Source: Actinomycetota bacterium
GTDB taxonomy: Bacteria > Actinomycetota > Acidimicrobiia > Spongiisociales > UBA5794
Reading direction: 5' to 3'
DNA length: 59,821 nucleotides
Assembly (NCBI GenBank): GCA_034660035.1
Contig: JAYEIJ010000079.1
Span: 2,405-62,225 of the forward strand
Shown: in pieces, positions 36,883 through 46,373 of the stretch
Layout: each line of letters opens with the position of its first letter
How positions within the stretch are numbered: position 1 is the stretch's first letter
The notes under the pieces: model-generated
Database searches by the model: none
What the model saw: the letters and a program-made list of their open reading frames with translations, nothing else
What the model was told of the DNA's origin: nothing
Program-made: the position numbers and the translations under genes

Positions 36883-38213
36883 GGCGCGGCAACCTCGATC
36901 AATCTCTCGGCGACGGCTTCGAGCCCCACGGATCGAGATGCCTTGACCAGCACGACATCCCCATCACGGAGTTGCTCAACGAGGCGATCGAACGCCTCGG
37001 ACCCATCTTGCAGGTTCTGACCGCCTGCCGCGATCGCCAGACCGTGGTCCTGTCCGACCGTGATGACGTCTTCGAAACCGAGGTCCGCAGCGAGGAGACC
37101 GATCCGCTCGTGCTCTTCCACCGTGATCGATCCGAGTTCGGCCATCTCGCCGAGGATCGCGTACGACCGACCCGGCATCGCCGCAACCGTCCGAAGTGCG
37201 GCCGCCATCGAAGTCGGATTCGCGTTGTAGGCGTCGTTGACGACGGTGAAGCGCCCGGTCCTGACATCCATCCGCCACGGCGAGCCGACGGCCGTCGACA
37301 TCCCGGACGCGGCGACCTCCGGATCGATCCCGATGGCCGTCGCGGCTGCCAACGCCGCCGCAGCGTTGCTTGCGTTGTGGGGTCCGGCCATCGCCAGCGA
37401 GATCGAGAGAACGCGGCCGCATGATCGAAGCTCGAACGAGGGGCGGCCTTCATCATCGGTTGAGAGATCCGAGATCCGGACCAACGCCGTGGGACTCTCT
37501 CCGAAGGTGACGGTCGGTCCGGGGTGTTCGCGCTGGAGCCGGGGTTCGTCGTCGGGAAGAACCGCCGTCGCACCTTCGGTCAGGCCTTCGACCAGTTCCC
37601 ACTTGCCGTCGGCGACGGCGTCGCGAGAGCCGAACGTTTCGAAGTGGACGACACCGAGATTCGTGATCACGGCGACCGTTGGACGGATGGCCGGCATCAG
37701 CCACTTGATGTGACCAAGTCCGCGGGATCCGACCTCTATCACCAATGCCGTCGCGTCGTCCGGCGTTGTAAGGACGGTGAGGGGGACGCCGATCTCGTTG
37801 TTGTACGAACGAGGAGACGCCCATGATCCCGGTATGGCCGCCGCAAGAAGATCCTTGGTTGACGTCTTCCCGGTCGAACCGGTCACCGACACGACCGGCA
37901 TATCGAGTTCGGACCTACGATGTGCGGCAAGGTCACGCAATGCGATCGTCGTGTCCTCGACTTCGATGCGAGGAACGAGGCCGGCGTGACTGCCCCGCTC
38001 GACGAGAGCCGCTACGGCGCCGACTTCGACCGCGTCGGCAGCGAAGTCGTGACCATCGTGTTGTTCCCCGCGGATCGCGACGAAGACCGACCCCGGTTCC
38101 ACGGCACGCGAATCTGTTGAGATCGAGTGCACCGGCATCGCCGGGTCACCATCGATCACTCCCCCCGTCGCGAAGGCCACCGTGGCAAGCGTCCAGTTCA
38201 GTGGGCCCGTCAT
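36879..38213 (-). CDS. murF: UDP-N-acetylmuramoyl-tripeptide--D-alanyl-D-alanine ligase
   Basis: Mur-ligase P-loop GSTGKTSTK; position between murE and mraY. Confidence 0.9.
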   Translation of the reverse strand: MTGPLNWTLATVAFATGGVIDGDPAMPVHSISTDSRAVEPGSVFVAIRGEQHDGHDFAADAVEVGAVAALVERGSHAGLVPRIEVEDTTIALRDLAAHRRSELDMPVVSVTGSTGKTSTKDLLAAAIPGSWASPRSYNNEIGVPLTVLTTPDDATALVIEVGSRGLGHIKWLMPAIRPTVAVITNLGVVHFETFGSRDAVADGKWELVEGLTEGATAVLPDDEPRLQREHPGPTVTFGESPTALVRISDLSTDDEGRPSFELRSCGRVLSISLAMAGPHNASNAAAALAAATAIGIDPEVAASGMSTAVGSPWRMDVRTGRFTVVNDAYNANPTSMAAALRTVAAMPGRSYAILGEMAELGSITVEEHERIGLLAADLGFEDVITVGQDHGLAIAAGGQNLQDGSEAFDRLVEQLRDGDVVLVKASRSVGLEAVAERLIEVAAP

Positions 38214-39673
38214 GTCGCGAACTCCCCGATGGCCTTCAGTTCGTCTGCCACGACGTCTCGATCGTCGAACGGTTCGATCCGCCCACCGACCTCCTGGCCC
38301 GTCTCGTGGCCCTTTCCGAGAACAAGCACAAGATCATCCTGGCGTGCCTCTCTGAGGGCATGACGGATGGCGGCGCGACGGTCCGGTTCCTCCACCATCA
38401 CGTTCGTCTGCTGCATGCCGGATCGGACGGCCTGCATGATCGCCGCCGGATTCTCAGAGCGCGGGTTGTCGGATGTCAGGACGGCGATATCGGCCCGACT
38501 CGCTGCTCTCCCCATTGCCGGGCGCTTCTCGTGATCTCGATCTCCACCGGCACCGAAGACCACGATCACGCGACCTTCCGACATTCGCAACGCGCTGTCG
38601 ATGACGGCGTCGATGGCATCTGGGGTATGGGCGTAGTCGACGATCACTCCGAAGCCTCGATCGCTCTCAATGCGCTCGAACCGGCCGGGAATCGTCCCGA
38701 CAGATGACAGGCCCCGGGAGATGGACGCGTCGTCGATGCCGATCTCAAGAGCGGTAGCCGCTGCCACCATCGCGTTCTCGACATTGAATCGCCCCGGAAT
38801 CGGCAGTTCGACGGGGAATCGCCGATCGGCGGTGGCGATGATGAACGAGGAACCGTCGATCGACTCAGTGATCGACGACGCCGCAACATCGGCACCGCGA
38901 TCGAGCGCCACCGTCGTCACCGGCACGTCTGTAGCGGCGGCGAGCCTTCGACCCGGGTCGCCGTCGATGACGATCACAGCGTGGTCCGCTCGGTCGGCCG
39001 TGAACAAGGAAGCCTTCGCCGTGTAGTACGCCTCCATATCACCGTGGAAATCGAGATGGTCCTGCATCAGGTTCGTGAACGCGGCGACCCGGAAATGGAT
39101 CGCATCGACGCGGTGCAAGCTGAGAGCGTGACTGGACACTTCGATCGCTGCCACGTCAACACCGGCGTCCACCATCTCGGCCAGAAGTCGCTGGAGATCG
39201 GAAGCCTCCGGTGTTGTCCTCGCTACCGGTCGCTCCGCATCACCGATCCTGGCGCCGACGGTCCCAACGATGGCGGTGGTCCGTCCGGCGGCGACGAGGA
39301 TCTGTTCGAGCATGTGCGTCACGGTGGTCTTGCCGTTGGTTCCGGTCACGCCGATCACCGGCATCCGATGGGACGGATCTCCGTACACCGCTGCGGCCGC
39401 CCAGGGAAGGGCGGATCGAGCGCTCGGCACCACGATGCCGCTCGAGCACTCGACATGGCGTTCGACGATGACCGCTGCGGCTCCCGCGGCGATCGCCCGG
39501 GCCACGTAGTCGTGACCGTCGTACTGTTCGCCGGGGATCGCCACGAAGAGGTCGCCGGGATCCACATCGCGCGAATCGTGCGTGACCCCCGTGATCCATG
39601 TGTCGACACCCTCGAGTCGACCTCCGTCGGGGAGGTGGTCGGAGATCTCCGAAAGGAGGATCCGATCAGGCAT
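38210..39673 (-). CDS. murE: UDP-N-acetylmuramoyl-L-alanyl-D-glutamate--2,6-diaminopimelate ligase
   Basis: GTNGKTT P-loop. The DNPR motif (SDNPRSE) suggests meso-DAP specificity. Start ATG 39673. Confidence 0.9.
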   Translation of the reverse strand: MPDRILLSEISDHLPDGGRLEGVDTWITGVTHDSRDVDPGDLFVAIPGEQYDGHDYVARAIAAGAAAVIVERHVECSSGIVVPSARSALPWAAAAVYGDPSHRMPVIGVTGTNGKTTVTHMLEQILVAAGRTTAIVGTVGARIGDAERPVARTTPEASDLQRLLAEMVDAGVDVAAIEVSSHALSLHRVDAIHFRVAAFTNLMQDHLDFHGDMEAYYTAKASLFTADRADHAVIVIDGDPGRRLAAATDVPVTTVALDRGADVAASSITESIDGSSFIIATADRRFPVELPIPGRFNVENAMVAAATALEIGIDDASISRGLSSVGTIPGRFERIESDRGFGVIVDYAHTPDAIDAVIDSALRMSEGRVIVVFGAGGDRDHEKRPAMGRAASRADIAVLTSDNPRSENPAAIMQAVRSGMQQTNVMVEEPDRRAAIRHALREARQDDLVLVLGKGHETGQEVGGRIEPFDDRDVVADELKAIGEFAT

Positions 39674-41408
39674 CGCCGTCGTGTACCGGAGACACACCGA
39701 GTTGGTGAAGCGCCGACTCCGCGATCTCGGCGAAGATCGGCGCAGCCGACGTTCCGCCGAACTTCATGTCGTAGCGCCCATCTTCGATCTTCCCTCTCGG
39801 CGCATCGAGGACAACGACCACCACGATCTCTGGGTCGTCGATCGGAGCGATCCCGATGAACCAGGCGATCGTCTCCGTCTCGCTGTACCGCCCCGTCTCG
39901 ACGATGAACTTGTCGGATGTCCCGGTCTTACCTCCGACCGGGAACTCGTCGATCTCGGCGCGAAAGCCGGTGCCGTCTTCAACGACCCGGCGCAACATCG
40001 CCCGCATCGTCCGCGCCGTTTCGGGAGAGATAACCTGATGGCGCCTTGGCTCGGTGACCGTTCGCTCGCCGTCCAACGCGATGATCTCCGAGACGACGTG
40101 AGGTTCGACCCACTCCCCTTCGTTCGCCAGCGCTGCATAGACGGATGCCATCTGGAGCGGCGTTACTCCAACGCCGTAGCCGATCGCCGCCGACGTGCCC
40201 GCTGTGGCGGTCTTCCACTCGCTCACGTGCTGGAGTTGTCCTCCCGACTCACCGGCGAAGTCGATCGATGCAGGCCGACCGAGGCCGAACGCGTCGAGAT
40301 ACCGGTAGTGCGCCTCGTTCCCGAGCTGGCGTTGGATCTTGATGGTGCCCACGTTCGATGACTTCTCGACGATGTCTGAAACGGTCATGACGGCCGGGTT
40401 GTATCCGTGGTCGGTGTAGGTCTCTCCGCCGATAGCGATCTCGTGCGGGGTCTCGAAGGGCGTATCGGGGCGGACGACACCCTCTTCGAGGGCTGCCGCA
40501 ACGGTTACGACCTTGAGGGTAGATCCCGGTTCGTATACGTCGGTGACCGCACGATTACGCAGAGTCGCCGGGTCGAGTGTCGTTCGATCGGATCCGTCGA
40601 ACCCCGGGAGCGACACCATGGCGAGGATCTCACCGTTGGTGACGTTCATCACGATCGCGGAACCGCCGAGTGCTCCCGAGCGGTCGATCCCTGCCTGGAG
40701 CGCCGATTCGGCCGTGTACTGGATCTCGCGATCCAGCGTCAGCACGACGTCGGAACCGGCCACTGCGGGTTCGAGGAGGAATTCCGCCTGCGGGATCGCA
40801 CGGCCGGCTTGATCGCGTTCGACGATTCGCTTACCCGGGCGACCGCTGAGTTCGGTGTCCATCACCGCTTCGATTCCCTCGGTGCCGCTCCCATCGTCGA
40901 GCCGCGTGAGCCCGATCACCGGAGAAGCAAGGGAGCCGGCAGGATAGAGTCGCAGTGGTTCGTCACGAAAGGAGAAACCGACCAGATCGGCCGATGCGAT
41001 CGCCTCTCTCGCCCGATCCACGGTATCGCCGGTGAGCCTGCGAGCGACGTACGTGAATCTCCCATCCGCCTTGAACCGCTGCACCAGCTCGACGTAGTCG
41101 GCACCGACGATCGGGGCGAGTATCGAGGCCGCCTCCTCCGGTGCCTCGATGAGGCTCGGATCCGCGACCAGGGCCTTGGCGTGAACCGTGATGGCGAGTT
41201 CGATACCGTCCCGGTCGTAGATGGTTCCCCGCTTCGCCTGGATCGTCTCGTGGCGGACGCGCTGATCGAATCCACGTTGCGCAAGGGTTGCGGCGTCGGC
41301 ACCTTGGACCTGGAACAGGCGGTATCCGATACCCGCCCACGCGAGAACGAAGACAAGTCCGACCACGATCAGACGAAGGTCGACGAAGCGGAACGTCGTT
41401 CGTGCCAT
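39666..41408 (-). CDS. ftsI: class B penicillin-binding protein (division transpeptidase)
   Basis: N-terminal TM anchor plus SxxK (GSTLK), SxN (SSN) and KTG (KTGTS) motifs. Confidence 0.9.
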   Translation of the reverse strand: MARTTFRFVDLRLIVVGLVFVLAWAGIGYRLFQVQGADAATLAQRGFDQRVRHETIQAKRGTIYDRDGIELAITVHAKALVADPSLIEAPEEAASILAPIVGADYVELVQRFKADGRFTYVARRLTGDTVDRAREAIASADLVGFSFRDEPLRLYPAGSLASPVIGLTRLDDGSGTEGIEAVMDTELSGRPGKRIVERDQAGRAIPQAEFLLEPAVAGSDVVLTLDREIQYTAESALQAGIDRSGALGGSAIVMNVTNGEILAMVSLPGFDGSDRTTLDPATLRNRAVTDVYEPGSTLKVVTVAAALEEGVVRPDTPFETPHEIAIGGETYTDHGYNPAVMTVSDIVEKSSNVGTIKIQRQLGNEAHYRYLDAFGLGRPASIDFAGESGGQLQHVSEWKTATAGTSAAIGYGVGVTPLQMASVYAALANEGEWVEPHVVSEIIALDGERTVTEPRRHQVISPETARTMRAMLRRVVEDGTGFRAEIDEFPVGGKTGTSDKFIVETGRYSETETIAWFIGIAPIDDPEIVVVVVLDAPRGKIEDGRYDMKFGGTSAAPIFAEIAESALHQLGVSPVHDGDA

Positions 41409-41491
41409 CTCAGACCACCCTCAGCGTTTCTCGACGGTCAGTTGCGTGGCCGCCAGCGTTCGGCCTGCGCATCGTTCCCCTCCTTCGATCA

Positions 41492-41890
41492 TCACGGCTG
41501 CTCCACGAGCAGCGCTCTCATGTCCATCCATCGATCCTCGGGGCCGCCGACCGTGTTCGCCATGCCGGTGATCTCGATCGTTCGACGATCCTCCGGATAG
41601 ACGAGTCCGAGGGCGGCGGCCCTTTGTGTGATCAGTTCGGGCGCCTGGAGATGCGCGTAATCGGCGCGCAGATTCCAATGGCGTTCCTGTTCGGCGACAA
41701 CCTCTCGGTCAAGTCGCTGGAGTTCGAAGGCGGTGCGGTCAAGAGAGATCCGCGAGTAGATGACCGCGAAGAAGGCCAGGATGACCGCGATCGTGAATAT
41801 CAGGAGCGGTCGAACAACCGGACGGTGACGTGCACGTGACCGTGCACCGACACGACGGTTCGTTGACCGCGGAAGAACACCGGCCGTCAT
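41492..41890 (-). CDS. ftsL: FtsL-like cell division protein
   Basis: Basic N-terminus, single TM (LLIFTIAVILAFFAVIY), coiled-coil region. Position between rsmH and ftsI, with an ATGA overlap with rsmH. Confidence 0.55.
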   Translation of the reverse strand: MTAGVLPRSTNRRVGARSRARHRPVVRPLLIFTIAVILAFFAVIYSRISLDRTAFELQRLDREVVAEQERHWNLRADYAHLQAPELITQRAAALGLVYPEDRRTIEITGMANTVGGPEDRWMDMRALLVEQP

Positions 41891-42822
41891 GCCGGAACCT
41901 TCTCAGCCACGCGCATGATCGCGCTCCTCGCACGGGGGTTCCGAGCGATCTCCTCGACCGAAGGCCGGAATCGTCCGAGATCTTCGAGTTCTTGGATCTG
42001 ATCACAGCCGCAGACCGGGAGTTCCGGTGGACACACGCAGCCGGTCGTACCCGCCGCGATCCTTCGCTTGACGATGCGATCCTCGAGCGAGTGGTAGGAG
42101 ATCACGCAGATCCTCCCACCGGGTCTGAGAAGCTGGATGGCGGATTCGAGACCGGCCGAGAGCGCATCCAGTTCAGCGTTCGTGGCGATGCGGAGAGCTT
42201 GGAACGTCTTCCTGGCCGGATGTCCGGAACGGCGTGCCGCCGCGGGGACGGCGTTCGCGATAGCGGACGCGAGAGCGGTCGTGTCGCTGAGCGGCCGCGC
42301 TGCGATGATGGCGTCTGCGATACGCCCGGCGAAGCGCTCCTCTCCGAAGCGTCGGATGAGGTCACGTAGGTCGTCGCGGTCGTACTCGTTGACGATGTCG
42401 CCGGCCGATTCCGACACATCCATGCCCATGCGCATATCGATCGGGCCGCTCCTGTGATAGGAGAATCCCCGTGACGCTGCGTCGACCTGATGCGATGAGA
42501 TACCCAGGTCCAGAAGAACCCCGTCAACGGTCCCAGAACCGTCAGGTGGTGAGCCCAACTCATCGTGCACGATCCGTTCGATATCTGTGAAGTTCCCGAG
42601 CACGACCCGCACCCGCGGATCGTCCGGGGTGTTGGCTATCGCATCCGGATCGCGGTCGATCCCGATGATCCGTATCTCTGGATACGCATCGAGGAGCCGC
42701 CGCGTGTGACCGCCGCCGCCGAACGTGCCGTCCACGACGAGGCCACTCGCTGCCGACGCGAGCATTCGAACGCACTCGGTCGCGAGGACGGGTTCGTGGT
42801 AACTGTCCATGGTCTGATCCAT
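41887..42822 (-). CDS. rsmH: 16S rRNA (cytosine1402-N4)-methyltransferase
   Basis: HEPVL and SAM-binding DGTFGGGGH motifs. Start set to ATG 42822 (MDQTMDSYHEPVL). Confidence 0.9.
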   Translation of the reverse strand: MDQTMDSYHEPVLATECVRMLASAASGLVVDGTFGGGGHTRRLLDAYPEIRIIGIDRDPDAIANTPDDPRVRVVLGNFTDIERIVHDELGSPPDGSGTVDGVLLDLGISSHQVDAASRGFSYHRSGPIDMRMGMDVSESAGDIVNEYDRDDLRDLIRRFGEERFAGRIADAIIAARPLSDTTALASAIANAVPAAARRSGHPARKTFQALRIATNAELDALSAGLESAIQLLRPGGRICVISYHSLEDRIVKRRIAAGTTGCVCPPELPVCGCDQIQELEDLGRFRPSVEEIARNPRARSAIMRVAEKVPA

Positions 42823-42966
42823 GGTCAGTCCCCCGGAGCGCTGGCGCCAACATGGAAGCGGGCGGAGTAAGGGGCCTTCCAATTGGCATCCGGGGGACTG
42901 ACCACAGGCCAGACCATCTCGTTGGTCCGAGCACGGGGTCGGCGACCGGGTGCTCGTATCGTTCGT

Positions 42967-43398
42967 TCATATCCCATCCTCAGAGAGCGCCTCAGCGATC
43001 TCGGCGTAGTACTCGTCGGCCTCTGCTGCTACCGATCTCCACGTGTCGGTCGCCCAGACCTCGATACGGTCTGCAACACCGACCACCGTGAGGTCCTTCT
43101 CCAACCCGGCGTAGCGGCGCAGTGATTCTGGAATCTGCACTCGGCCCTGCCGATCGAGTGCCTGATCCGACGCTGAGGCGAAGAAGGACCGCGAGAAGTT
43201 CCTGGCCCGCCGATCAGTACGTGGCAGTTTGAGGACCTTGCTCGATTCCTCTTCCCATCGATCCATCGGGAAGACATAGATGCAGTGCTCCTGGCCCTTG
43301 GTCATGACGCACCCATCGTCAAGCCCCATACGGAACTTGCTGGGCATCACGACCCGGCCCTTCTCGTCAAGCGAGTGACTGTATTCACCGAGAAACAC
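42967..43398 (-). CDS. mraZ: transcriptional regulator MraZ
   Basis: Two SpoVT/AbrB-like repeats with DxxGR motifs (LDEKGRVVMP, LDRQGRVQIP). Start assigned to GTG 43398 (VFLGEYSHSL), matching the canonical MFLG N-terminus. Confidence 0.9.
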   Translation of the reverse strand: MFLGEYSHSLDEKGRVVMPSKFRMGLDDGCVMTKGQEHCIYVFPMDRWEEESSKVLKLPRTDRRARNFSRSFFASASDQALDRQGRVQIPESLRRYAGLEKDLTVVGVADRIEVWATDTWRSVAAEADEYYAEIAEALSEDGI

Positions 43399-43434
43399 GC
43401 TTCCGCGCCTCCGTTGCGCTGCGATCATCATCTT

Positions 43435-43475
43435 CCACGAGGCCCCACTATGGCCCACTCTGTTCCACTTGTCAA
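43435..43475 (-). promoter_or_regulatory. dcw/mraZ promoter with four phased GTGG boxes (candidate MraZ operator)
   Basis: On the mraZ strand: TTGACA (rc 43470-43475), 17-nt spacer, CATAGT (rc 43447-43452). GTGG at rc 43465-68, 43455-58, 43445-48 and 43435-38, exactly 10 nt apart. Lies 37-77 nt upstream of the mraZ GTG. Confidence 0.6.
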
Positions 43476-43538
43476 CTCATTCGCCCCCGAACGTGCCCCC
43501 GTTCCCCCGCCGGCAGTCGGCGAGGTAGCCTGTGGCCC

Positions 43539-44312
43539 ATGAAGCAACCCATCACCCTCATCGGCGTCGGAGAGATGGGAGCGGTGTTCTCACATGCCCT
43601 CCTCCGCTCCGGACATCCCGTGATCCCGGTACTGCGCGCAACACCCATGGCAGAGGCGGCCCGGGTCGAGCCCGAACCGGCGCTCGCCCTCGTGACCGTC
43701 GGCGAAGACGATCTTCATGCGTCCCTCGATCAGATACCCGACGGATGGCGATCCCGGGTGGGGTTGATCCAGAACGAACTCCTCCCCCGCGACTGGGAGC
43801 GCCACGCCATCGTGTCGCCGACCGTTGCCGTCGTGTGGTTCGAGAAGAAGCCCGGACGGGCAACCAAGGTCATCATCCCGACACCGATAGCGGGGCCGGA
43901 AGCCGGCCCTCTCGTCGAGGCGTTGACAGCGATCGGGATCCCGGCCGAACGGATCCCGGACGACGCCCTGATCGATGCCCTGGTCGCGAAGAACCTCTAC
44001 ATCCTCACAGCGAACATCGTCGGTTTGAGAACAGGAGGATCAGTCTCCGATCTGTGGAGCGACCACCGACCGCTTGCCGATGCCGTCGTCTCAGAGATCC
44101 TCGAGATCCAGGAGTGGCTCGTCGGTGCGGCCGTCGATCACGCCAGCGCGATCAGCGGAATGGTCCGGGCTATCGAGGGCGACCCCGACCACGGCGCGAC
44201 CGGTCGCAGCGCCCCGCGCCGTCTCGAGCGAGCGATCGGTCACGCCCGCTCGGCCGGTATCGAGGCCCCGACCCTGTTCTCAATCGGGCGCGAGGCCGGG
44301 CTATCCGTATAG
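43539..44312 (+). CDS. NAD(P)-binding Rossmann-fold protein (ketopantoate-reductase/ProC-like), function unknown
   Basis: N-terminal ITLIGVGEMGAVFSHALLRSGHPV dinucleotide-binding fingerprint. The rest is not assignable by eye. Confidence 0.55.
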   Translation: MKQPITLIGVGEMGAVFSHALLRSGHPVIPVLRATPMAEAARVEPEPALALVTVGEDDLHASLDQIPDGWRSRVGLIQNELLPRDWERHAIVSPTVAVVWFEKKPGRATKVIIPTPIAGPEAGPLVEALTAIGIPAERIPDDALIDALVAKNLYILTANIVGLRTGGSVSDLWSDHRPLADAVVSEILEIQEWLVGAAVDHASAISGMVRAIEGDPDHGATGRSAPRRLERAIGHARSAGIEAPTLFSIGREAGLSV

Positions 44313-44341
44313 TCTGAGACGCGACACTCCGAGGAGGAACC

Positions 44342-44866
44342 GTGCACGTACTCATCGCCACCGATGGAAAGATCGATGTCGAGACCGCTTCGAGCTTCGC
44401 CGCCGGGCTTGCCGGTCCCAGCGGTCGAGTGACCGTGCTCACCGTCGTCGAGGTGCCTCGTGCATTCCTCCATGACATGCGAGGTCAGTGGGGCGCCATG
44501 GACGGCGTCGGCGTGATCGTCGATGACGAGTTCGTTGCAACGCCGGCCGTTCCTCAGGAAGCCCCTAGAGGTTGGCCCGGCGATGATGCCGTGATCGAGC
44601 ACTACCTGGCCGACAAACTCGACCAGCACACGACACCGATCATCGCGGCCCTTCGAGAAGAGGGAGTCGAGGCGGAAGGCAGTGTCGTTGAGAGCGAGAA
44701 CGTGACGAACACGATCCTCGACCAGTTGGAGACGCTCGGTGCCGAAGTCGTCGTGATCGGTTCCCACGGTCAGGGCCTGTTCCAAGGGCTGCTCGGTTCG
44801 ACGGGCACCAAGCTCGTTCGCCGGTGCCCCAAGCCCGTGCTCCTCATCCGGTCGGCTACGACCTGA
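44342..44866 (+). CDS. universal stress protein (UspA family)
   Basis: VLIATDG start and C-terminal ATP-binding-type motif VVIGSHGQGLFQGLLGSTGTKLVRRCPKPVLLI. GTG start after GAGGAGGA. Confidence 0.85.
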   Translation: MHVLIATDGKIDVETASSFAAGLAGPSGRVTVLTVVEVPRAFLHDMRGQWGAMDGVGVIVDDEFVATPAVPQEAPRGWPGDDAVIEHYLADKLDQHTTPIIAALREEGVEAEGSVVESENVTNTILDQLETLGAEVVVIGSHGQGLFQGLLGSTGTKLVRRCPKPVLLIRSATT

Positions 44867-45350
44867 CGTAGGGCGCCCAGTCCGGATCGACCGAACCGCC
44901 GATCGCGGCCGCCACCCACGTGTCCGTTCGGGGCTGTCGCGGAACCGATGCGAGCCGGAGTCCGGCCTGGGCGGGCGTGCGGCCGCCCTTCTTGGTGTTG
45001 CATCGCCGGCATGCGGCGACAACGTTCGACCAGGAGTGTTCGCCGCCCTGCGACCGGGGCACGACATGATCGAGATTCTCGGCCTGACGCCCGCAGTACT
45101 GGCATCGGTGCTCATCACGCTGGAAGACCGTTCTGCGGTTCACCGGGATCCTTCGCTGATAGGGAACCCGCACGTACCGTTTCAGACGAACGACCGACGG
45201 CGACGGCATCGAGAACGCCTCGGACCGCCAGAGCGCACCGTTCGTGACGAGCACATCGGCCCGATCTCGGAGCACGAGCACCAAGGCGCGTCGCACGGGA
45301 ACCACCGACAGCGGTTCGAGGCTCGCGTTCAGGACGAGGGATCGTGCCAC
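44856..45350 (-). CDS. small HNH endonuclease
   Basis: HRCQYCGRQAENLDHVVPRSQGGEHSWSNVVAACRRCNTKKG HNH/zinc motif. Start assigned to GTG 45350 (VARSLVLNASLEPL), typical N-terminus for this about 165-aa family. Confidence 0.8.
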   Translation of the reverse strand: MARSLVLNASLEPLSVVPVRRALVLVLRDRADVLVTNGALWRSEAFSMPSPSVVRLKRYVRVPYQRRIPVNRRTVFQRDEHRCQYCGRQAENLDHVVPRSQGGEHSWSNVVAACRRCNTKKGGRTPAQAGLRLASVPRQPRTDTWVAAAIGGSVDPDWAPYVRS

Positions 45351-45478
45351 GGAGAGAGCGTACCAGCAGCAAGGGTCGTGCACACCGAACGCGAAACCAC
45401 TTAGCGAGAGCAGTTGACCACTCAGCGTATCCCTGCCATACTCCATCGGACAGCAGCATCGAGAGCGTTGGAGAGAAT

Positions 45479-45904
45479 GTGCGCGTCGTCGGGTACGTAC
45501 GGGAGGCACCGAGCCTGACCGACGGTGAGACAGCGTTCGCTCAGAGCGAGCGAATACGACGATGGTCTGCCGATTCCGGCCACCACCTCGTCGCGACGTG
45601 TCGGGACGTCAGAGATCCGGCTCAGTTCCAGGGACGGGACGGGTTCCGAGCGCTCCTCGCAATCGCACGATCCGGGGTCGCCGATGCGCTCGTCATCTCC
45701 GAACTCTCGATCCTCTCTCCGGATGAGGTCACCCGGGAGATCATGATCGGCTACCTGCAGGGACTCGGGTTAGACATCATCTCGACCACCCAACCCGATC
45801 GTGACGGGTTGTCAGAGACTTCCGAAGACCGCGCTCGATTCGTGCGGGACGTCGTCGCGAAAGTGGATGAGTTCCGCAGGGAGTTCCCCGAAACGGCCGG
45901 CTGA
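45479..45904 (+). CDS. serine-recombinase (resolvase) catalytic-domain-like protein, predicted inactive, no DNA-binding domain
   Basis: 141 aa from GTG 45479 (after GGAGAG). Colinear with the resolvase N-terminal domain (VVGYVRE.., RDGFRALLAIARSGVADALVISELSILS). Ala sits at the nucleophile Ser position, and the DRLxR block is replaced by LSILS. Confidence 0.55.
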   Translation: MRVVGYVREAPSLTDGETAFAQSERIRRWSADSGHHLVATCRDVRDPAQFQGRDGFRALLAIARSGVADALVISELSILSPDEVTREIMIGYLQGLGLDIISTTQPDRDGLSETSEDRARFVRDVVAKVDEFRREFPETAG

Positions 45905-45954
45905 TCCTACGATCGCCTCAGCCGCTCCTTGTCTGCCCCGGGCGAACCGCTTCC

Positions 45955-46107
45955 TGGCTCTTCGGATGTGAGCGGGGTGTGGCGAAGATGAAGCCGGTAG
46001 TGAGACGGGTGAAGCCTCGGAACGTCGTAGGTACGTATTGCGTAGTCACGCGTAGAACGTACTACTGCCCGTAGTCTCCCCGGTTCGAGCCGACCCCGCT
46101 CATTCCC
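45955..46107. repeat. 153-nt dispersed repeat, copy B (partner at 7700-7845)
   Basis: Same orientation as copy A. Terminal GAGCGGGGT (45970-45978) and ACCCCGCTC (46093-46101) are complementary in this copy. The 3' end overlaps the stop codon of gene 46100..46342. Confidence 0.85.
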
Positions 46108-46342
46108 GACGTGTCCGCTTCCTCCACTCGAGATACGCCACGATGTCCTCTGCGGCAGGGTCGACGTCGTCACTCCCGTAGGCGGTCGCGGTGCGCCATG
46201 CGATGACTTCCCCGTCCGGAACAGGGAGATAGGGACGTCGGTGCCACCATCCGGGACGAGCGAACGCGAACGCCGCGCCGACAGCAGTACCCCAAAGTGT
46301 CGGTCGCCTGAGAACAGCAAGTGCGACGGAACGCGAGATCAT
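46100..46342 (-). CDS. hypothetical 80-aa protein
   Basis: ATG 46342 (MISRSVALAVLRRPTLWGTAVGAAFAFARPGWW...): one hydrophobic segment, then a charged tail. No family recognised. The ORF-track extension runs through a repeat array. Confidence 0.45.
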   Translation of the reverse strand: MISRSVALAVLRRPTLWGTAVGAAFAFARPGWWHRRPYLPVPDGEVIAWRTATAYGSDDVDPAAEDIVAYLEWRKRTRRE

Positions 46343-46373
46343 TCGTCTCCCAACGGTAGTCGGCAGACACCGA

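Noticed and set aside
43399-43434. Structured mraZ/mraW leader RNA motif
   Set aside because: The predicted 5' UTR is only about 40 nt, and I could not draw a stable conserved hairpin. This cannot be assessed without a covariance model.
46070-46107. tRNA-like 3' end (CCCCGGTTCGAGCCGACCCCGCTCA) in repeat copy B
   Set aside because: GGTTCGAGCC resembles a T-loop, but the flanking bases (CCCGG / CGACC) do not form a T-stem. No D-arm or anticodon arm can be drawn, and copy A has TTCTAACC at the same place.
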